Part shown: positions 21,978 through 30,983 of the stretch, piece by piece
Numbering within the stretch: the stretch's first letter is position 1
Layout: every line of letters begins with the position of its first letter
IMG/VR virus record: IMGVR_UViG_3300042391_000634
Coordinates: 186,001-250,000 of that record
Reading direction: 5' to 3' (one strand)
Length of the DNA stretch: 64,000 bases
Program-made: the position numbers and the translations under genes
The notes under the pieces: generated by a model
The model's input: the letters and a program-made list of their open reading frames with translations, nothing else
Told to the model about the DNA's origin: nothing
Database searches by the model: none

Positions 21978-22033
21978 TACTTTTTTTTACGGAATCTTTT
22001 GTCTATATTTTATTAATATAAATAATAACATAA

Positions 22034-22558
22034 ATGGCAAAAGTTTACAACGCCGGTGGATTCGATGATACACCATCGAGACTGGCAACAATCAAATTCT
22101 TAAAAGAAACATTCAATTTAGATTTTAAATTAGGTTCTAAGTTTGGTATTGATACGGTATGTATCGATGACCCAACATGGGGGGCAGAAGTTGAACAATC
22201 TAAAACATGGACAGGAGATTTTTTCTCATCACAAAATAAAGGACTTAATAATAAATCTGGGTTAGGATTTATGACAGTTAACATTCCTTGGTGGAGAAAG
22301 GCAAAGTATTGGGCGCAAGATAATCCAGGTAAAGATAAGAATATGTATGTGAGAATGAATAAAGACGCATCACAAGTGATTGTTATTGAAGCACAAGTAT
22401 TTCATGATCCTGAAATGTGTTTAGAATCACATTTTAAAACAGGTTGGATTACAACTGGCGAAGTTGAAGAGTGGAGAAGTTTTAGAAGAGAACATGTTAG
22501 AGTTTTTAATTTAATAAACGGAGTTTATGTAGAAGATAAAATTGAAGTGTTATGTTAA
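22034..22558 (+). CDS. Hypothetical protein, possible PD-(D/E)XK-type endonuclease
   Basis: FGID...AEVE pattern resembles a restriction-endonuclease-like active site. Confidence 0.4.
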   Translation: MAKVYNAGGFDDTPSRLATIKFLKETFNLDFKLGSKFGIDTVCIDDPTWGAEVEQSKTWTGDFFSSQNKGLNNKSGLGFMTVNIPWWRKAKYWAQDNPGKDKNMYVRMNKDASQVIVIEAQVFHDPEMCLESHFKTGWITTGEVEEWRSFRREHVRVFNLINGVYVEDKIEVLC

Positions 22559-22860
22559 TATTTTTTTGGTGTGTTGCGGCATATGGATGTGCTAGCATTA
22601 TTTCGTGGTCCGCAATATTTGAAGGATTAAGAGAATGGGTAAAAAATAAATCTTCTTGGTTTCATAAATTGATGACTTGTCCTTTGTGTCTTGGATTTCA
22701 TTTAGGATGGGTTATGTCACTTACATTAGGTGGTTTATGTAATCATTATTTTCAAACAAATTTATTTTGGGGTCTTTTTGCTGATGCTGTCTTTACTTCT
22801 GGTTCAACGTGGATTATTAATTCCATAACTGAGTTCTTTGAAGAAAGTCGTATTAAATAA
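22552..22860 (+). CDS. Small membrane protein, DUF1360-like
   Basis: Three hydrophobic segments and LMTCPLCLGF (CPxC). Confidence 0.55.
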   Translation: MLIFFWCVAAYGCASIISWSAIFEGLREWVKNKSSWFHKLMTCPLCLGFHLGWVMSLTLGGLCNHYFQTNLFWGLFADAVFTSGSTWIINSITEFFEESRIK

Positions 22861-23330
22861 TGAGAAAATTAGACACATATAATATTGATTGGATTAAAAT
22901 TGCCGAAGGATTTGGATTATCTAAAGAACAAACTATTGAATGTTTTAATGATGGTAGAATGATGGGTAGAATAGGTGAATTTTTACATAAAAAATCATCG
23001 GGAGGAGAAAGAGAAAATGAAAATGCTAGTTTTGATGTTACAGAATCTAATGGTATAAAAAGTGAAGTTAGATCTATTACTAAACAAATAAGTTTTGCTC
23101 CATCTAAAGAAACTGGATATGGAAGGAAAGTAACCTCTGAAGGTTTTAAAACAAAAATGGATAATCTTGATAGGTTTGTTGCGTTAGATTTAAGGGAATT
23201 AAAAAATGGTATATTATATACAATTGAAATAACTAAAGAAGATGTTTATAATTTACCATTAAGTTCAAATGTGTCAATTAAGGCAGAAAAATTTTACGAA
23301 ATTTATGATAGAATTAAACAAGATATATAA
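22860..23330 (+). CDS. Putative small restriction-endonuclease-like protein
   Basis: FDVTESNGIKSEVRSI resembles a D...E-x-K/R nuclease motif; overlaps the MTase start. Confidence 0.4.
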   Translation: MRKLDTYNIDWIKIAEGFGLSKEQTIECFNDGRMMGRIGEFLHKKSSGGERENENASFDVTESNGIKSEVRSITKQISFAPSKETGYGRKVTSEGFKTKMDNLDRFVALDLRELKNGILYTIEITKEDVYNLPLSSNVSIKAEKFYEIYDRIKQDI

Positions 23331-24153
23331 TGAAAATTGTTTGGACACTTTATCTAAGGTAAAGGACAATACAATTGATTTAACAATAACATCACCACCA
23401 TATGATGATTTAAGAACATACAACGACCACGTTAAAGGTAATAAAACGGAATACAATGGTTATTCATTTGATTTTGAAAATATCGCAAGAGAATTGTATA
23501 GAACAACTAAACAAGGTGGTGTGGTAGTATGGGTGGTTGGAGATGGAACTGAAAAAGGAAGTGAAACGGGAACGTCATTCAGACAAGCACTGTTCTTTAA
23601 AGAAATTGGGTTCTTTATTCATGATACAATGATATATCAGAAAAATAATTTCTCAAATCCATCATCAACTCGTTACCATCAAATATTTGAATACATGTTT
23701 GTATTTTCAAAAGGAAAACCAAAAACATTTAATTCAATTAAAGATAGAAAAAACATTTACGCCGGTGTAGTTCCTTGGGGTAAAAATACGGTAACACAAA
23801 AAGACGGAACAAAAATTGAAAGACCTAAAAAGGCGTACGGTGAATATGGACAAAGGTTTAATATTTGGAAATATAAAACATCTAAGAACGGACAAGAAGA
23901 CGAGATAGCTTATAATCATCCAGCAATATATCCAATACAATTAGTAAAAGACCATATAATTTCTTGGAGTAATGAAGGTGATTTAGTTTATGATCCGTTT
24001 ATGGGTAGTGGGACTACGGCAAGAGGAGCAAGTGTATTAAATAGAAATTTTATTGGTAGTGAAATAAATGAAGAATATGTTAAAATAATTGAAGAGAGAT
24101 TAACATTACCATATATTGATAAATCAAATAATACCAACGAAGAAATTGAGTAA
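23305..24153 (+). CDS. DNA methyltransferase, beta class (N4-C/N6-A)
   Basis: TSPPY (motif IV) precedes HPAIYP and DPFMGSGTT (motif I); likely start is ATG 23305. Confidence 0.9.
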   Translation: MIELNKIYNENCLDTLSKVKDNTIDLTITSPPYDDLRTYNDHVKGNKTEYNGYSFDFENIARELYRTTKQGGVVVWVVGDGTEKGSETGTSFRQALFFKEIGFFIHDTMIYQKNNFSNPSSTRYHQIFEYMFVFSKGKPKTFNSIKDRKNIYAGVVPWGKNTVTQKDGTKIERPKKAYGEYGQRFNIWKYKTSKNGQEDEIAYNHPAIYPIQLVKDHIISWSNEGDLVYDPFMGSGTTARGASVLNRNFIGSEINEEYVKIIEERLTLPYIDKSNNTNEEIE

Positions 24154-26482
24154 TCCTTTTATAAAAGTAACTTGGGAAGATGTTCCTGAAAATTTCACTC
24201 CTGAGAAAATCAGAAGGGTGAAATCTTATTTTGAGAAAAAATATAACGCAAAGACTGTTCAGGTAATAACTAAAACTTTAACTAACGTTAATCAAACACG
24301 TTTAGAGTCTTTAGAGGCATCTGATAATATCTTAGACCATCAATATCAAAAGAAATTGATGAAAGATTTTCTTTCCGATAATCATATAATCATTAAGGAG
24401 GAGTTAATGGAAAGATTAGATAATAAAGTGAATTCTCAAATAGATAAATTAAATGAAAACAAAGTCAGATATAATAAATGGTACATTAGAAAAGTTGAGT
24501 TTTCTAACTTCCTATCATTCGGAGATAATAACATTATTGACTTTACTGGTTTAGATGGTATTACAGTAATTGAATCCACACCTAAGAACTTTGGCGGTAA
24601 ATCTACATCATCAGTAGACCTTTTAATGTTCTTATTTTTTAACACAACAACTAAAACAAAAACTAACGGAGAGATCTTTAATAGATTTACCGATAAGAAT
24701 GATGTAAGTGTTCGTGGTGAGATTACAATTGATGGAGATGATTATGTAATTGAAAGAAAGACATCTCGTAAGATGAGTAAGTCAGGTGAATACACGGTTA
24801 AGAATGACTTAGAATTTTTTAAGAAAGCTGAAGATGGGTCTATTGTAAACTTATCTGGTGAACAAAGAAGAGAGACTGAAGCGTTTATATCTTCAGCAAT
24901 TGGAACACAAGAAGATTTCTTATCAACTATATTAACAACAGGTTATAACTTAGAAGAACTTATCGAATCTAAACCTACCGCTCGTGGACAGATATTAACA
25001 AAGTTCATGGGATTAGAAAGTCTTAAAGCAAAGGAAGAAATTGCTAAAGAGATGTTTAACGATTGGTCTAAGAAATTAGTATCCAATACATATAACAAAG
25101 TTAGTTTAGAATCTATTAATGAAACACACAAAGAAAGTATTATTAATTGTGAAAACGAAATTATTAAATTAACAAAAGAGTTAGGTAAATTTGAAAAAGA
25201 ATTAACAAAGTTAGAAAAGAAAAGAGACGAAGTGTTCTTAAAAAGAAACAACGACGTAGATAAGGAACTTATTAATACCAATCCAGTTTTATTACAAAGA
25301 GAAGTTACTTTTTTATTAACTCAAAAAAATGTAAGTCAAACAAACGCCGACGGAGTTAATGTAATAGAACCATCAGAGTTCTATTACGAAGACCAACATA
25401 AAGAGTTGAGAGGTGAAATGGCAAACCTACAAGGTGTTGATATTGCTTACAAATATGAAAAAACTCAAAGGGAAAAACTAATTAAACAATTTGAAGAAGG
25501 AACAGTTTGCCCAACTTGTAATCGTGCGTTAGATGAGGTTGACCATACTGATGAAATTAAAAAGATTAAAAAAGAAATTGAAGATATCATTAAAGAGATT
25601 GAATTAAATCAAAATCAATTTGATTTATTGAAAGAACAATCCGAAGGGTTTGATAAATTAAAAACTGAATTTGAGGCTTACGAAAGAAATAAACTTCGTA
25701 AGGAAAGATATGAATTAGAGGTTGAACAAAAACAATTGGAGATTGATGGTAAACAAAGAAGATTAGATAATTATGAAACCAATAAAAAGAAACTTGAAGA
25801 GAACCAAAAAATCGATGCAGAAGTAATTGCTCTTAAAACTAAAATAGAAACCGCAAACGGAGATATTAGACAAACTAATATGAATATTGAAAAACATACC
25901 AATAATATTATGAACATGAATGAGAAGATTGGTATTAATGAAGAGTTGATTAAAAAGATTACAGCGGAAGAAGAATTATCTGCTGTGTTTAAAATATACT
26001 TAACTGTTTATGGTAAAAATGGTATATCCAAAATTATTCTTAAAAATATGATTCCGTTAATCAATCAGGAATTGTATCGTTTGTTAGTGGATAGTTGTCA
26101 TTTCATATTAGAGATGAATATAAACGATAAGAACGAGGTTGAATTTATTATGATAGATACTGAGACCCGAATCGTTAAACCTCTTAATGCGGGTTCTGGT
26201 TACGAAAGAACCATATCCTCATTAGCACTTCGTAGTGTATTGACCAAGATATCGTCATTACCCAAGCCCAATATAGTTGTAATGGATGAGGTGTTCGGTA
26301 AGATTGCGGACGAGAACTTGGAAATGGTCGGTGAATTCTTTAAAAAGATTAAAAATTACTTTGACCATATATTAGTCATATCACACAATTCTTTAATACG
26401 TAATTGGTCGGATAACATCATTATGATTAAAAAAGAGGAGAATGTTTCATCAATAGATTTTATCACAACAAAAATTTCTTAG
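24116..26482 (+). CDS. SbcC/Rad50-like SMC ATPase with N-terminal extension
   Basis: FSNFLSFG, Walker A NFGGKST, coiled coils, CPTC zinc hook, SGYE signature, Walker B VVMDE, ISHN. Start may be TTG 24146. Confidence 0.88.
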   Translation: MINQIIPTKKLSNPFIKVTWEDVPENFTPEKIRRVKSYFEKKYNAKTVQVITKTLTNVNQTRLESLEASDNILDHQYQKKLMKDFLSDNHIIIKEELMERLDNKVNSQIDKLNENKVRYNKWYIRKVEFSNFLSFGDNNIIDFTGLDGITVIESTPKNFGGKSTSSVDLLMFLFFNTTTKTKTNGEIFNRFTDKNDVSVRGEITIDGDDYVIERKTSRKMSKSGEYTVKNDLEFFKKAEDGSIVNLSGEQRRETEAFISSAIGTQEDFLSTILTTGYNLEELIESKPTARGQILTKFMGLESLKAKEEIAKEMFNDWSKKLVSNTYNKVSLESINETHKESIINCENEIIKLTKELGKFEKELTKLEKKRDEVFLKRNNDVDKELINTNPVLLQREVTFLLTQKNVSQTNADGVNVIEPSEFYYEDQHKELRGEMANLQGVDIAYKYEKTQREKLIKQFEEGTVCPTCNRALDEVDHTDEIKKIKKEIEDIIKEIELNQNQFDLLKEQSEGFDKLKTEFEAYERNKLRKERYELEVEQKQLEIDGKQRRLDNYETNKKKLEENQKIDAEVIALKTKIETANGDIRQTNMNIEKHTNNIMNMNEKIGINEELIKKITAEEELSAVFKIYLTVYGKNGISKIILKNMIPLINQELYRLLVDSCHFILEMNINDKNEVEFIMIDTETRIVKPLNAGSGYERTISSLALRSVLTKISSLPKPNIVVMDEVFGKIADENLEMVGEFFKKIKNYFDHILVISHNSLIRNWSDNIIMIKKEENVSSIDFITTKIS

Positions 26483-26498
26483 TTTCAAATATCTTAAT

Positions 26499-26506
26499 TA
26501 TATTTG
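26499..26506 (+). promoter_or_regulatory. Bacteroidota-type -7 promoter element TATATTTG
   Basis: Matches the TAnnTTTG consensus, upstream of clpP. Confidence 0.45.
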
Positions 26507-26529
26507 TCCTATAAACTAAATTTACATTT

Positions 26530-27207
26530 ATGACACCTAAAGATTACCAACAATTTGGACTTTACGCTAAAGATAAAGGGATTAGCTCCTTAAATTTACA
26601 CTACCACAACCAAAAAATTGAGGACAGTTTAACTCCATATATTTTGGAGGAAAGACAAATGAATGTTACAATAATGGATGTGTTCTCAAGATTGATGATG
26701 GAACGTATCATTTGGGTAGCGGGGGGTGTGGATGACCATATGTCAACTATTTGTCAAGCACAGTTAATGTTCTTGGATAGTTTAGATGGTAATGATATTA
26801 CTATGCACATTGACAGTCCAGGAGGTTCGGTTAAATCCGGTTTATCAATTGTTGATGTAATGGATTATATCAAATCAGACATTAGAACAATCAACACAGG
26901 TATGGCGGCTTCAATGGGTTCAGTTCTATTAGGTGCTGGTACTAAGGGTAAAAGAGGGTCATTGAGATTCTCTCAAACCATGTTACACCAATCATCAGGA
27001 GGTGCTGGAGGTAATATTCAAGATGCGAGAATTACTTTCCAAGAATGGGAAAAAGTAAACAATATATTATTTGACCTTTTAGGTAAGTATTGTGGAAAAA
27101 CCGCTGAACAGGTTAAAAATGATGCTTCAAGAGATTTATGGTTAAATGCTGAAGAAGCACTTTCCTATGGAATTATCGATGAAATAGTTAAAAAGAAGAA
27201 AAAATAA
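26530..27207 (+). CDS. clpP: ATP-dependent Clp protease proteolytic subunit
   Basis: DVFSRLMMERII, IDSPGGSV, GMAASMG (Ser), MLHQ (His) and RDLW (Asp). Confidence 0.93.
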   Translation: MTPKDYQQFGLYAKDKGISSLNLHYHNQKIEDSLTPYILEERQMNVTIMDVFSRLMMERIIWVAGGVDDHMSTICQAQLMFLDSLDGNDITMHIDSPGGSVKSGLSIVDVMDYIKSDIRTINTGMAASMGSVLLGAGTKGKRGSLRFSQTMLHQSSGGAGGNIQDARITFQEWEKVNNILFDLLGKYCGKTAEQVKNDASRDLWLNAEEALSYGIIDEIVKKKKK

Positions 27208-27209
27208 GT

Positions 27210-27231
27210 AAAGGGGGATAAAACCCCCTTT
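27210..27231. terminator. Intrinsic terminator hairpin
   Basis: AAAGGGGG-ATAAAA-CCCCCTTT directly after clpP. Confidence 0.7.
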
Positions 27232-27260
27232 CTTCATATTTATAATAAAACATAGAATCG

Positions 27261-27905
27261 ATGAAAAAATTATTAAACTTAAAAAATATTGCATTAGTAT
27301 TATTAATTGCAATTGTTGTATTTCAACAATGTGGTGGGGATAAAAAAACAACAGGTGAGATTGTAAAAGTTGATGGTAAAAAATATGAACTTATTAAACA
27401 TGAGATTGATACAGTTGAAGTAGTTAAGACTAAGGTAGTTACTAAAAAGGGAGAAGATATTTACCATGAAACAATTAAGGAAGTAATCATCCCAACAATC
27501 GTAGATACTCAAGCTTTATTACACGACTATTTCGCTAAGAACATCTATAAGGATACATTACAATTACCTGATAGTTTAGGAACAGTATCTTTAATTGATA
27601 CAATTACTCAAAACAAAATATTAGGAAGAACTTTCAACGCAAGTGTTAAGCAAAGAACCATTAAAGAAACTTTGATTGTTAAGGAATTACCTAAAACTCA
27701 AGTATATTATGGATTTATGGGTGGTTTTAATAAAGTAGATGTAGTTTCAAATATTGGAGCAGGTGCATTGATTAAAACTAAAAAAGATAAAATATATCAA
27801 TTAGGTATAGGGGTTGCTAATAAAGTAGGAAGTGATGGAACCAGTGGTGTGTTGTCTCCTTTTATTAGTGGGGGTGTATATTGGAAGATTAAATTTAAAA
27901 AATAA
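27261..27905 (+). CDS. Membrane-anchored/exported protein, candidate spanin-like
   Basis: N-terminal hydrophobic segment ending QQC, amphipathic beta-strand C-terminus ending GGVYWKIKFKK; TATTTATA at 27237. Confidence 0.45.
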   Translation: MKKLLNLKNIALVLLIAIVVFQQCGGDKKTTGEIVKVDGKKYELIKHEIDTVEVVKTKVVTKKGEDIYHETIKEVIIPTIVDTQALLHDYFAKNIYKDTLQLPDSLGTVSLIDTITQNKILGRTFNASVKQRTIKETLIVKELPKTQVYYGFMGGFNKVDVVSNIGAGALIKTKKDKIYQLGIGVANKVGSDGTSGVLSPFISGGVYWKIKFKK

Positions 27906-27923
27906 ATTACTCTATAACATAAT

Positions 27924-28379
27924 ATGAAGTCATATCTATTATTCATTTATGGAGTATTTGATGATGATCAAGATATTGAATTTTTTTGTTTAGAAATTTT
28001 AGGACAATCTCCCTTTGTATCATCAGTAAGGTATATTATCGAAAACAATCAGAATATTATTGTAATGTTTGACTCAAACGAAGATAGTATGGTGTTATCT
28101 AATGAGATACATCTTTTATCCAAAAATGACAGTGTAAAGTTTTATTTTTTAATTGAAAAACCATCATTAGTTAGTGTCTATCTACCTGAAACAATTAACG
28201 ATTATATTTTTAAACCATCTACCTCCGACCCTCTCATGATTAAGGTAGAATACCAAAAAAACACAGAGGTCCAAAGGGCAGATTTAAATTTGGACGACGT
28301 ATTAGATAAGATTGATTACTATGGAATTGAGAGTCTAACCCCCGAAGAAAAAAAGTTCTTAGATAATTTTGAAAAGTAA
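27924..28379 (+). CDS. Hypothetical protein with DUF6576-like C-terminus
   Basis: LDDVLDKI..YGIESLTPEEKKFL resembles the short helical domain found at the C-terminus of Bacteroidota rhomboid proteins. Confidence 0.5.
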   Translation: MKSYLLFIYGVFDDDQDIEFFCLEILGQSPFVSSVRYIIENNQNIIVMFDSNEDSMVLSNEIHLLSKNDSVKFYFLIEKPSLVSVYLPETINDYIFKPSTSDPLMIKVEYQKNTEVQRADLNLDDVLDKIDYYGIESLTPEEKKFLDNFEK

Positions 28380-28426
28380 GATTTTTTAGTTATTTTTATA
28401 TACACACTTAAACCCACACCAAACAT

Positions 28427-29236
28427 ATGAAAAAATCCATAATTAGTAACACGGAAGAGATACAACAATATATAAGAGACATTCGTAAAATACCTGTTAT
28501 ATCACACAAAAGACAGGAAGAAATTTTCATTAGATTAAACGATAAGACAATAACTAAACAAGAACAAAAAGTTTTGTTTGATGAATTGGTTGTAGGTAAT
28601 TTAAGATTTGTAATATCAGTTGCAAAGATGTTTCAGAATCAAGGAATGGATATTATGGATTTAATATCAGAAGGAAACATCGGGTTAATTAAGGCAGCAC
28701 AAAGATTCGACCCAACAACCGGTGTAAAGTTTATCTCATACGCAGTGTGGTGGGTTAGACAATCAATAATGGCGTCACTTAATGAAAACGCAAGAACAAT
28801 AAGACTACCATCAAACTTAATCCAAGAGGTTCAAAAATCTAAAAAGGAAGAAGTTAATGAAGAGGATAATTTTTTTGTAAATAATTCAGATGAACCTGTT
28901 ACAAGTGGGTTACCTTATTGTGTTGGTTTATACAGAGAAATTAATGAAGACGGTGACCAATTAATTGATATTATACCGAACAAAGAGGCTGATAGACCTG
29001 ACGCAATTGTTAATTCACCTGAAGAAATAAAGAAAAAAGTTTCTGCGATGTTGAGTGTTTTAGATGATAGGGAAAAGACAATTATTGAGAGATATTATGG
29101 TCTAACAGGTATTGAATCAAACTTAGAAGACTTAGGGGAGGAATATGGTTGTACAAAAGAACGTATTAGACAATTACGTGATAAGGCCATTAAGAAGCTT
29201 AGAAATGAGAGTTTTGGTCTATTAAACTATTTATAA
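28427..29236 (+). CDS. RNA polymerase sigma-70 factor, Bacteroidota RpoD-like
   Basis: NLRFVISVAK, DLISEGNIGLIKAAQRFD, KFISYAVWWVRQSI, RTIRLP and region 4 TKERIRQL; no region 1.1. Confidence 0.92.
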   Translation: MKKSIISNTEEIQQYIRDIRKIPVISHKRQEEIFIRLNDKTITKQEQKVLFDELVVGNLRFVISVAKMFQNQGMDIMDLISEGNIGLIKAAQRFDPTTGVKFISYAVWWVRQSIMASLNENARTIRLPSNLIQEVQKSKKEEVNEEDNFFVNNSDEPVTSGLPYCVGLYREINEDGDQLIDIIPNKEADRPDAIVNSPEEIKKKVSAMLSVLDDREKTIIERYYGLTGIESNLEDLGEEYGCTKERIRQLRDKAIKKLRNESFGLLNYL

Positions 29237-29248
29237 AAATATAACATT

Positions 29249-29542
29249 ATGAAAAAGTTAATCGAATTAATAAAAACATATAAACTACAGATACTGATTT
29301 TTTTAACAGTTGTATTCTTTTTTCGCTCTTGTAGTAGTTCAAGTAAAGTGACTAAATTAGAAAAAATTGAAAAACAAAACGTATCTATGATTGATAGTCT
29401 TAAAACTAAACATAAAAACGAAAAAATAGCAATTCATAGTTTTTATGATAATTGGATTACACAAAAAGATAGAGGACCACAATTAATGGAACTACATTTT
29501 ATTGTTAAAGAAAACTTAAAAAAAGAACAAGAATCTAAATGA
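29249..29542 (+). CDS. Small membrane-anchored coiled-coil protein (lysis cassette?)
   Basis: N-terminal TM ending FRSC; TATTTATA at 29228-29235. Confidence 0.45.
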   Translation: MKKLIELIKTYKLQILIFLTVVFFFRSCSSSSKVTKLEKIEKQNVSMIDSLKTKHKNEKIAIHSFYDNWITQKDRGPQLMELHFIVKENLKKEQESK

Positions 29543-30687
29543 AACATTGGTTAAACCAAAATTTTAAAGCATTAATCATTGCAGCATTTTTGATTCCAAT
29601 CATTACTGTTGCTATTGTTTCTATTTCACACGTAACAAAATGGTATGGTATATCCAATCCCGTAAGTTGGGCCGTTTATCTATCAATTGGAATTGAGATT
29701 GCAGCATTATCGGCATTGGCTGCCATTTCAGCAAACATGGGTAAGAAAGTTTATTTCCCATTTGCCGTCGTAACGTTAATACAGTTTATAGGTAATATAT
29801 TTTTCGCGTACACATATATCGATATCAACGGACAGTCTTTTAGGGATTGGGTTGATTTAGTGGCACCATTAACAGAATTAATGGGTGTAGACCCAACTGA
29901 CTTAGTGGGTAATAAAAGATTCTTAGCATTTTTTGCCGGTGGTATGTTACCAATCATTTCATTATCCTTTCTTCATATGTTAGTTAAATTTACAGAAGAA
30001 GATAGACTAAAAGAAAATCAAGCACCACCAATTAAAGAATTAGAATCTAATCCCGAAGATTTAAAACATTTTGTTGATGAAGCAACAAGATTACATTTAA
30101 GTGAAGATGATTTAAAGAAACTTGAAGAAGTTTTGTTAAACCCACCTCCACCAAATGAAGAATTAAAGAAAGCAGCGGATGAATATAAAAGAAGAGGAGA
30201 ATTATTGGCGGAGATAATTAAGAACGACGAAGAATTAGGTTTATATGATGAACCGTTTGATAATTCAATGATTAAAGAAGATTTGGATGATGAAGTATCT
30301 GATTGGGATGAAACATTAATGGATGGTTTAGAAGATGAAGAACCTTTCTTCACTGAAGAAGAGATAGAGAATATTTTACAAGAAGAACCAACAGAGGAAG
30401 AGATTCAACGAAATTTTTCTACTATAGAACCTGAAACGGAGAATATTTTACAAAATAACGAATCACTTGAATTTGATATTTTAGTTCAAGAGGATTTAGA
30501 AGTTCCTGAACAAGAATTTGATGGATTTGTTCCTGAACCATTTGCAACACCTGAGGAAGTTATAGAATTGAAAATAGATGAGGATAATGAACGAATGGAT
30601 ATTATAGGTCAGAATGGAAATGAAGGTCTCCATTATGAAAACGAAGAGAATACATCATCCGAACAAGATGATGAAAAAAAAAATTAG
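29539..30687 (+). CDS. Multi-pass membrane protein with very acidic C-terminal tail (holin-like position)
   Basis: About four TM segments in the first 150 aa, then an E/D-rich tail; lies upstream of an amidase-like gene. Confidence 0.55.
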   Translation: MKHWLNQNFKALIIAAFLIPIITVAIVSISHVTKWYGISNPVSWAVYLSIGIEIAALSALAAISANMGKKVYFPFAVVTLIQFIGNIFFAYTYIDINGQSFRDWVDLVAPLTELMGVDPTDLVGNKRFLAFFAGGMLPIISLSFLHMLVKFTEEDRLKENQAPPIKELESNPEDLKHFVDEATRLHLSEDDLKKLEEVLLNPPPPNEELKKAADEYKRRGELLAEIIKNDEELGLYDEPFDNSMIKEDLDDEVSDWDETLMDGLEDEEPFFTEEEIENILQEEPTEEEIQRNFSTIEPETENILQNNESLEFDILVQEDLEVPEQEFDGFVPEPFATPEEVIELKIDEDNERMDIIGQNGNEGLHYENEENTSSEQDDEKKN

Positions 30688-30983
30688 AAGAGTCCCTAAT
30701 TCCGATATCGGAGGAATTGAAGGAGGAATTGGTTACGTCAATAATAGAAGATTTATCCCCAAAAGAAATAACCCCAATCTTAGAATCGATAGACTCTAAA
30801 GAAGAAAATTTATATTGGGAAACAGACGACGTTAATCCAAATTCTATAATTTACGATTTGGAAAATAATAAAACAATTATACCAACATTTGAAGAAGAAA
30901 TACTACCTCCGTCTCCAGTACCATCACCATCGGAAAAAATAATATCAAGAAATGTTAGTTCAAGACGTAGAAATATTAGATAA
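30675..30983 (+). CDS. Probable -1 frame continuation of 29539 (KKKLEESLIPISEELKEELV...)
   Basis: The frame opens exactly at the A10 run (TGA at 30672), has no ATG start and continues the acidic composition. Confidence 0.5.
   Translation, partial: KKKLEESLIPISEELKEELVTSIIEDLSPKEITPILESIDSKEENLYWETDDVNPNSIIYDLENNKTIIPTFEEEILPPSPVPSPSEKIISRNVSSRRRNIR

Noticed and set aside
30614-30799. 61-aa ORF in the third frame across the slippery site
   Set aside because: Basic and short, and it does not continue the acidic composition; the -1 frame is the better continuation.
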